Assembly (NCBI GenBank): GCA_028718605.1 | Contig: JAQULM010000002.1 | Coordinates: forward strand, 129,776 to 193,775 | Reading direction: 5' to 3' | DNA length: 64,000 nucleotides | DNA from: Patescibacteria group bacterium | GTDB lineage: Bacteria > Patescibacteriota > Patescibacteriia > UBA10025 > JAHIVO01 | Part shown: in pieces, positions 57,768 through 64,000 of the stretch | How positions within the stretch are numbered: position 1 is the stretch's first letter | How the letters are laid out: every line of letters starts with the position of its first letter | Position numbers and translations under genes: made by a program | The notes under the pieces: generated by a model | Database searches by the model: none | Told to the model about the DNA's origin: nothing | The model's input: the letters and a program-made list of their open reading frames with translations, nothing else

Positions 57768-58679
57768 TTATCCTGTCCAATAGTACAGCATGATGCTGAA
57801 ATCAATGATGTCGACCGTTCCGTCTTGGTTAATATCGGCACGGGCATTGCTTGGATTTGAAGCATTCCAATAAAACAGCATGATACTAAAATCGATCAAG
57901 TTTACCGCTCCATCGCAATTGATATCACCAGGAACCGCCCCTGCACAAACATCAGGCTCGCCGGTCCCTGTCACATCAAACGACACGGTATCGCTGAACT
58001 CTGACACTGCTTGGGATATCGGTTCGGTTGCCTGTGCTTTTGCTGAATGGGTCCCCTCAACCAAATCATCCGCATTGAAAAGCTGCAGCCACCGGCCATT
58101 GGTATCCGAACTCGCGATATGAACGGCGATTTTCGTCGGATTCGAGCCCGCTCCTGCACCGACTTGCGGGGAGGTCAGCGTCACATTGACTGTGCTTTCG
58201 GGGGCAGTTGTGCCGGAGAGCGTGACGGTTTCACCGGGACCGATGCTTGGCGGAGTCCTCGTAATCGTTGGCCCGAGAAAAATCCCGCTGATTGTTGTTG
58301 TGCTTCCCTTGGAAAGCAGCAGGGTAAAATTCGACACGCGCCCGCGCGTACCATTGACGTCGGTTCCGTATACGCTGAATGTATACGTGCCAGGATCAAC
58401 AATCACCGATACTTCAAACCGCGCCTGGGAATTTGCCGTAATGATTGAAATCGGTGTTCCGTCCTGCGTTATGGTAATGGTTGATCGGGGATATGCGATT
58501 CCGCTGAATACAACGGTCGTATCAGGCTCTTCGATCGGCGGTTTCTCGGGAACCGTCGCCGTGACAGTTACCTGGTAGGAAACCTGGGCAATCGCAAACG
58601 AATATCCCGCGACCACAATGATCAACGGGATAATCGATGCAAAAATGCGCCGAAATATTACATAACTTGATTGCCGCAT
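57768..58679 (-). CDS. Secreted Ig-like repeat protein with C-terminal tandem dockerin-type (EF-hand-like) repeats
   Basis: GDINCDGAVNLIDFSIMLFYW and ADINQDGTVDIIDFSIMLYYW fit the dockerin type I repeat DxNxDGxVNxxD. N-terminal signal/anchor. Confidence 0.65.
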   Translation of the reverse strand: MRQSSYVIFRRIFASIIPLIIVVAGYSFAIAQVSYQVTVTATVPEKPPIEEPDTTVVFSGIAYPRSTITITQDGTPISIITANSQARFEVSVIVDPGTYTFSVYGTDVNGTRGRVSNFTLLLSKGSTTTISGIFLGPTITRTPPSIGPGETVTLSGTTAPESTVNVTLTSPQVGAGAGSNPTKIAVHIASSDTNGRWLQLFNADDLVEGTHSAKAQATEPISQAVSEFSDTVSFDVTGTGEPDVCAGAVPGDINCDGAVNLIDFSIMLFYWNASNPSNARADINQDGTVDIIDFSIMLYYWTG

Positions 58680-58682
58680 GTA

Positions 58683-59684
58683 CTACCCTTTTGATTTCTT
58701 TACAATCCAAGCGTTGTACCTCTTAATTGCGAGAATCAACAGAAGGACGGCGATCACGATCACGATGCCCCAAACGAGAAGTACCCGCCATGGTATGATC
58801 CAATACGATACCGATGCCTGATCGGACACGCTGTCGGAAGTTCCTGCTGTTACTGAAAGTTTCGCGGTATATTTCCCCAAGGCAAAATTATTCTTCTCGT
58901 TGCCGTACTCCTTCCAGAACGCCGTCCAGGCGTTGCCTGCCGTATCCCCGACTTGTCCGCGCTCCCAGACAGCCTCGTAGCGCCGGGTAGAATCGCGGAG
59001 AGTCGCACCGCGGCCTGCATTGAACTCTATCGTATCGCTCACCTTCCCGAACATGTTCGAGACTGCGATCGTTCCCGTCGGCCTCAGGTGGACATTACCC
59101 GTGTTCTTGAACCGGGCAAAAAACTGCACCGGAGGACGATTGAGCACATGTTTGCTACCGACGACATTGAACTCGGCAATCGAACCTTGCTCGCTGACAT
59201 CGCCGGCAACTTTCGCTAAAAGGAGTGTCCCGACTTTTGACGAAATCTTGATCTGGCCTGCTTCGGGAGGGGTTGATGTAAAGAATAGGGACGCATAGTG
59301 GCCGCCCGGATCTGCATCGGACGGTGTCGAAATTGTCACCGGAACCTCATATCGCTCATTCGGAGCGATGACAATGGGACCCTTTTCGACAGAAACCCAG
59401 CTGCTCAAACCAACCTGCTCAGCATTAAAATCAAATGTCGGCTGGCCTGTCTCCCCCTGGGCTGTAAAATTCCGCGCTTCAGTATACAGCTGAAGGGTAT
59501 TGGCGGTCTCATTGAACAACTTAACGATCGTCTGGGATGTCTGTCCCGGTGTCAGAGAAATTTCGAGCGACGGCGGTATGAGCGTAATCGCATGCGCAGG
59601 ATAGGCGAATACGATGCTGCCCACTGCCACGATGAGTGCACAGAACGCTATACTGCAGATAAATTGTCGAGCAGACTTAACCAT
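58683..59684 (-). CDS. DUF916-like cell-surface protein (signal peptide, Ig/chaperone-like beta domain, C-terminal TM plus basic tail)
   Basis: ITLIPPSLEISLTPGQTSQTIVKLFNET pattern. C-terminal helix WGIVIVIAVLLLILAI followed by KRYNAWIVKKSKG. Confidence 0.5.
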   Translation of the reverse strand: MVKSARQFICSIAFCALIVAVGSIVFAYPAHAITLIPPSLEISLTPGQTSQTIVKLFNETANTLQLYTEARNFTAQGETGQPTFDFNAEQVGLSSWVSVEKGPIVIAPNERYEVPVTISTPSDADPGGHYASLFFTSTPPEAGQIKISSKVGTLLLAKVAGDVSEQGSIAEFNVVGSKHVLNRPPVQFFARFKNTGNVHLRPTGTIAVSNMFGKVSDTIEFNAGRGATLRDSTRRYEAVWERGQVGDTAGNAWTAFWKEYGNEKNNFALGKYTAKLSVTAGTSDSVSDQASVSYWIIPWRVLLVWGIVIVIAVLLLILAIKRYNAWIVKKSKG

Positions 59685-59721
59685 AGCTCGTTAATTTTAT
59701 CACCGATGGTAAATGGGGAGT

Positions 59722-60648
59722 TTATTTAGCCGAAACCTCTGGTGCTTTAGTTCGAGCGTCCCCTTTTCGCATGAGCAGAATGGCAACGACAATAAGCACG
59801 ACAAGAACAACCGCAATAATCACGATTCCCATGGTCGAAATAACCATGAAATTTGCGCTCGCGGTCTCCGTTACGGTTCCCGCGGTTATCGTGACCTTCG
59901 CAGTATACGAACCGAATGCGTTCCCGAGGTCCTTCCATGTACCAACGGCATACTCACGGGAATACCCCGGCAGTACCGCCGACTGATCCTCGTTTATCTT
60001 GAACGTCTTAACTGTCTTGCCAAACATGTTAGTAATCATTACGGTACCCATCGGCTTTAGATGGACATCCCCGGTATTCTCAATCAGTATCGGATCGAAA
60101 ACGATTGGGCCTGACGTATACGTCGACTTCTCGTCTTTTGTCGCAAATTTTGCGATCTCGGCGCTCTCCGTGTAGTCTCCGGTTACTGTCGCGAGGAACG
60201 GGATTCCAACGGATGACTGGATCGTCACCTGGCCCGCAACTTGCTTTTCGCCGAAATTGAATACAACGCCTGCATAGTGGCCACCCGCTTTTGCAGTTGC
60301 TGGCACGGCAAATGTCACGGCCACCGCCTGGGTCTCATCCTTCTGAAGCGTAAAGGTACTCTCAGTAATCGTCATCCATGTAGCAATATCCGTCGGTGTC
60401 CCGGTGATATTGTAGAGAGGTTCGCCGCTCGTCTCGTCTTTTGGCGTGAAATTAACCGCCTTCGCCGTCACCTCCACTGCCTGCGGCATATCATTGGTGA
60501 CGTCAATCATCGCGGTTTTTTCCTCGCCAGGCTTCAGGGTAATCTCGCGGATAGCCGGCGTGATTTCCAGCGCGTCCATTCGGCTGGGGATTAAGAGCAC
60601 CGCAAAGAACAGGGTAGCTCCGAGTAAAAATGTCACTTTCTTTACCAT
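59722..60648 (-). CDS. DUF916-like cell-surface protein (paralogue of 58683..59684)
   Basis: LEITPAIREITLKPGEEKTAMIDVTND pattern; C-terminal TM helix followed by RKGDARTKAPEVSAK. Confidence 0.5.
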   Translation of the reverse strand: MVKKVTFLLGATLFFAVLLIPSRMDALEITPAIREITLKPGEEKTAMIDVTNDMPQAVEVTAKAVNFTPKDETSGEPLYNITGTPTDIATWMTITESTFTLQKDETQAVAVTFAVPATAKAGGHYAGVVFNFGEKQVAGQVTIQSSVGIPFLATVTGDYTESAEIAKFATKDEKSTYTSGPIVFDPILIENTGDVHLKPMGTVMITNMFGKTVKTFKINEDQSAVLPGYSREYAVGTWKDLGNAFGSYTAKVTITAGTVTETASANFMVISTMGIVIIAVVLVVLIVVAILLMRKGDARTKAPEVSAK

Positions 60649-60756
60649 AGTCGTGTTATGTTAACCTTATTTTCTACCCTCCCTCCTGTCGTCCAATGGC
60701 GGCTTCATCGCGCTCCGATTGCGAATCTGCCGGGGGGAGTACCCGTAAAATCTTTT

Positions 60757-61839
60757 TTAAAACGTGGCGGTCGCAATGTACGTTATGCTCGTCGTGTAAT
60801 CGCCCGCTTCAGTACTGCCTGAAATGTTGGCGATGTAGTACAGGTCAACCGTTTCGGTCGATGTCGGGCCGGTTTCCGAAACGAGCGTCGTTGTCGTCGA
60901 AGCAGCGAAGCTATAATTATCACTCGCGTAATCGTACGCTGAAGTGATTGTCGCATCGCCGGTTGTCGATGCGGCGATAGCAAACTGCTCGGTCGTCGGT
61001 GTGCCGTCTCCATCACCAGCAATCGTCGCCGGGGTAATAGTGCCCCCGGTACCCGTCAGGGTCGCCCCATAGTAGGTGACAACATAGCCATTGTCGGCGT
61101 TCGTTGATACTTGCAGTTCGTGTGCACCGCTGCCAACCGCCTGCTGAACTGCGGTACCGGCGCCGTCTGCGGTCGCCCATCGCGCTGCTGTTGCGCTCAG
61201 CGATCCAAACCCGATCGACGTATCATTGATTGAAAACGTGATCGTCGGATCGACGGTCGCAGCTACCGCGACATCATCCTCGGTCAAAATCCGTACTGCA
61301 AGCGTTCCGGTATCGCCAAAAACGCCGGCGAGATCAATGGTCACTGCGCCTGCCGCCGGGTTCGTGAGCTGGGCATTGCCGGCTACACCAGCTGTTGCAT
61401 TCAAACCTATCTGGATTTGTACGCAGCGATCCGCGGTAATTTCACCTGCCGCAGCATCGGTCGGAGGCGTCAGCGTAAGAACGCCGTCTGCAAAAGCGGC
61501 GCCCCAGGTGGCAGCGTCCGCCGCAGCTGCTAACGTTTTGTCAGTCCATGCACCGTCGCACACATTGTCATCATCAACCGCGAGGTCAATGTCGGTATAG
61601 TCAACGCTCCCGGTAGTAAATGATGCCAAATCGAGAGTGATTGTGTCTGTCGAAGCTTGAACGCCAGTCGGTGTCACGAAAATAATTTCATGATTTGCCA
61701 CGGCTGTTTCTTCGACCGAACTCAGCGTGTCTTTTATGTTTCCCAACGAATCCGCATATGCTGGCAACGCAGGAACGCTGAAAGCGACGGCCATAAAAAG
61801 AGCGAACAATACGATTGCTATCCGCTTTAATTTCACCAT
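60757..61839 (-). CDS. Secreted Thr/Ala/Gly-rich protein with a conserved ~170-aa C-terminal domain ending ...ITYIATATF
   Basis: Signal peptide MVKLKRIAIVLFALFMAVAFSVPALPAYA. The C-terminal domain is about 75% identical to the C-terminus of 61996..63993. Confidence 0.55.
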   Translation of the reverse strand: MVKLKRIAIVLFALFMAVAFSVPALPAYADSLGNIKDTLSSVEETAVANHEIIFVTPTGVQASTDTITLDLASFTTGSVDYTDIDLAVDDDNVCDGAWTDKTLAAAADAATWGAAFADGVLTLTPPTDAAAGEITADRCVQIQIGLNATAGVAGNAQLTNPAAGAVTIDLAGVFGDTGTLAVRILTEDDVAVAATVDPTITFSINDTSIGFGSLSATAARWATADGAGTAVQQAVGSGAHELQVSTNADNGYVVTYYGATLTGTGGTITPATIAGDGDGTPTTEQFAIAASTTGDATITSAYDYASDNYSFAASTTTTLVSETGPTSTETVDLYYIANISGSTEAGDYTTSITYIATATF

Positions 61840-61945
61840 ATATTCATGGTTACGTATTAATTTATATATTAAAATTTATTATAGCCGAGCTTTACTGTCC
61901 TGCCGTCCCACTGCCGAGGCGAACCTAGCTCTCTCGGAGCATTTC

Positions 61946-61974
61946 CTGCATATACACTATAGCATATTTTTCCG
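61946..61974 (-). promoter_or_regulatory. Promoter TTGACT-17-TATAGT (minus strand) in the AT-rich spacer upstream of 60757..61839
   Basis: Hexamers read on the reverse complement. A TATAAT box is also present nearer the gene. Confidence 0.5.
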
Positions 61975-61995
61975 CCAAAGTCAAAAGGTTTTCCA

Positions 61996-63993
61996 CTAGA
62001 ACGATGCCGTGGCAATATATGTTATCGCGGTCGCGTATGAACCTGCCTCAGTCTGGCCCGAGATGTTCGCTATGTAGTAAATATCGATCGTTTCGGTGCT
62101 CGTCGTCCCGCTTTCAGAGGCGATTGTCGTGGTTGTATCTGCTACAAAACTGTAATTATCAGATGAATACTGGTACGCTGCTGGAATCGTCGCGTCGCCG
62201 GTTGTCGAAGCGGCAATAGCAAACTGTTCCGTATTCTGCGTGCCATCTCCGTCGCCCGCGATGGTTGCTGGCTCAATAGTGCCCGTATCACCGCTCAGTG
62301 TTGAACCATAGTATGAAATCACGTACCCATTCTGAGCGTTTGACGAGAAAGCGAGCTCGTGGGCACCGCTGCCGGCTGCTGGCCGGCTACTGGTGCCATT
62401 TTCGTCAGCTGTCGCCCATCGCGCTGTTGATGCCGACAGGCTCCCAAAGCCGATGGAAGTGTCCGAAATGGTAAATGTCAGCGAATTCAGGAACCAGCAA
62501 TCATTATTGGTCGAATCGCGGTTGGTACCGTCTGACGCGTCAATATCGGGTGGCTGGTCGCATGCGTACGAATCGCGCACGTCAGTGTTCGACACGGACC
62601 GCGTGCCAGCAACATTGATTTTCCACTGCGTGCCGGTCGATGACGAACGCAAGTACACCCGCGTACCCGTTGCCTGCCCGTCGAAATCGATATTTTGGAA
62701 TGTATACGTAGCCCCCGCCTTGAATAAGAGCTGGGAATTCGCAGTTGCAGCGGTAAGTGTGTTTTGGGTTTCCGCATTAGCCCCAAGCGACACATCGGGA
62801 TTCGAGGCTCCTGCATTCGTTACCGTAAGATTATAGAAGCGGTCAGATGCGCCTGTCATCTGTCCATCTAATGTCTGCCCACTCGTACCATCAACGGTCA
62901 GCGTGCCTGTCCCAGCCGTGAAATCGCCGTTATTCGTCCAGTTGCCACTGAGCGTGAATGTGGCAGTTGATGATGCTTGCAGCAAACCTTTCGAGGTGAT
63001 GGCAACAGACGCAGTATCGAGCACGCGGTCATTGGTGTCGTTGTCGACCGTCGTTTTATTGCTGTCGCTGGCTTTGCCGATCGTTAATGTCCCGTTCGAT
63101 TTAATCTGGCCTGAGCCGCCTGTAGCAAACGTAACTGTCCGGTCAGACGCTGATGAGTTTTCGAACGAGAGGTTTTCAAACACCCAGTCATTGGACCCTG
63201 ATGTCGTGCCGAAATTCTCAGCCGCAGCAACGCGCTGCAGGAACGTGCCGCCAGTGCGGGTAATCGTGCCTGCGCCCCTGACCGTGCCGTTGACCGTCAC
63301 GTTGTTCGTACCCGAGAACGTGCCGTTGGTCATTACCAAATCATTGGTAATCGTCATCGCCGCCGAATTCGACCAGCCGCCGCTCGCCCCGTTAAATTCA
63401 ACGTCATAGAACGAGGACGTGTTCGGAGCGATGGTATTTCCGCTGTCAGTCGCATCAAATATCACCGAACCGGACTGTGCCGTAAAGATATCGCTGTTGG
63501 ACCAATTGCCGCCTACAGTGATCGCGTTATTCTCGCCACTCTTCGCGTCGAGCACGCCACCCGTAATCGTGACATTATTATCGACATCGACAGGGTCCTC
63601 CACCTCAACAGTAAGGGTATACGTGCCTCCGCCATCGTCAACGGTCAGGTTATAGAGAGAACCGGTTCCGGCGGTAATAAGGTCGTTGGTAATATCGGTC
63701 ACCGTCCCGGGCATGGTGAATTTCACTGTTGAATTGCCATGGGTGAACGTACCGCCGCTCTGCAGGTCAAAATCGTCATCCGTATCGATTTCCGTGAGGT
63801 CTTGCTCGCAATCAGGGCCCAATTCGCAGTCAGTGGCGTCCAGTGTACCGCCATTCTTAATCTTGACGCCGCCGATGCCGATATCGAGGTCATACCCGTC
63901 AGTCTCTAAAATATCTCCATTATTGATGCTCAGAGTCTTAGCAACCATGTCGGAATCCAGGTTGGTCGTATCAGGCGAGGTGCCGATCTCCAC
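61996..63993 (-). CDS. Large secreted Thr/Gly/Asn-rich beta-solenoid-like protein, 5' end probably beyond the window; shares the C-terminal domain ...ITYIATASF
   Basis: ORF runs to within 7 nt of the window edge with no signal peptide at the apparent start. Repetitive G-T-x-T/N-x-T composition. Confidence 0.5.
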   Translation of the reverse strand: MEIGTSPDTTNLDSDMVAKTLSINNGDILETDGYDLDIGIGGVKIKNGGTLDATDCELGPDCEQDLTEIDTDDDFDLQSGGTFTHGNSTVKFTMPGTVTDITNDLITAGTGSLYNLTVDDGGGTYTLTVEVEDPVDVDNNVTITGGVLDAKSGENNAITVGGNWSNSDIFTAQSGSVIFDATDSGNTIAPNTSSFYDVEFNGASGGWSNSAAMTITNDLVMTNGTFSGTNNVTVNGTVRGAGTITRTGGTFLQRVAAAENFGTTSGSNDWVFENLSFENSSASDRTVTFATGGSGQIKSNGTLTIGKASDSNKTTVDNDTNDRVLDTASVAITSKGLLQASSTATFTLSGNWTNNGDFTAGTGTLTVDGTSGQTLDGQMTGASDRFYNLTVTNAGASNPDVSLGANAETQNTLTAATANSQLLFKAGATYTFQNIDFDGQATGTRVYLRSSSTGTQWKINVAGTRSVSNTDVRDSYACDQPPDIDASDGTNRDSTNNDCWFLNSLTFTISDTSIGFGSLSASTARWATADENGTSSRPAAGSGAHELAFSSNAQNGYVISYYGSTLSGDTGTIEPATIAGDGDGTQNTEQFAIAASTTGDATIPAAYQYSSDNYSFVADTTTTIASESGTTSTETIDIYYIANISGQTEAGSYATAITYIATASF

Positions 63994-64000
63994 GTCGCCG

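Overview
The window looks like a compact bacterial chromosome segment, moderately GC-rich with densely packed, often overlapping genes. Lys-rich protein N-termini, cohesin/dockerin-type surface proteins and many apparently leaderless starts suggest a Candidate-Phyla-Radiation/Patescibacteria-like genome; that placement is inference only. The standard genetic code fits every long ORF.

Housekeeping content (about two thirds of the window):
- A NUDIX-dnaG-rpoD operon.
- A membrane-spanning exporter of the ATP-binding-cassette (ABC) class.
- A PEP synthase gene (ppsA).
- groES-groEL preceded by a perfect CIRCE operator and a near-consensus promoter.
- uvrA and uvrC arranged divergently, with a small extra gene between them.
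- secG, an orphan family-5 solute-binding protein, rnj (RNase J) and trpS.
- efp, carrying Arg at the usual Lys beta-lysylation position.
- An rpsF-ssb-rpsR operon.
- Divergent ychF and rsmE, and a glyA-folD-NUDIX operon.
- A block of iPGM (gpmI), a beta-phosphoglucomutase-like HAD hydrolase, a large phosphohexomutase and murI.
- Three tRNAs: Asn(GTT), Ser(GGA), Leu(CAG).

Accessory or unusual content:
1. About 42.9-44.4 kb: a compact three-gene module with strong Shine-Dalgarno sites. It encodes a 53-aa peptide ending in a Cys-containing tail, an 82-aa Cys-rich small protein, and a radical-SAM/SPASM enzyme. This is a candidate RiPP (ribosomally synthesized, post-translationally modified peptide) cluster. 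It sits next to a Cys-rich gene with an apparent frameshift and an Elp3-type radical-SAM tRNA enzyme. This is the best candidate for the undescribed system.
2. 54.1-64.0 kb: a roughly 10-kb single-strand operon of seven secreted, membrane-anchored proteins. It comprises two cohesin-like proteins, one dockerin-bearing protein, two DUF916-like chaperone-fold proteins, and two Thr/Gly-rich beta-solenoid-type proteins that share a recently duplicated C-terminal domain.
3. A PadR plus HAAS (DUF1700) module lies between tRNA-Asn and a degenerate copy of that tRNA's 3' end. This may be an integration remnant.
4. Several ORF-poor stretches (150-480, 9.6-10.5 kb, 36.1-36.7 kb) carry promoters, tetraloop hairpins and intrinsic terminators. 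They are candidate small RNAs or small proteins.
5. At least six genes have a -10 hexamer 5-8 nt upstream of the ATG and no Shine-Dalgarno site, suggesting leaderless mRNAs.

No CRISPR array, transposase or integrase gene was seen.
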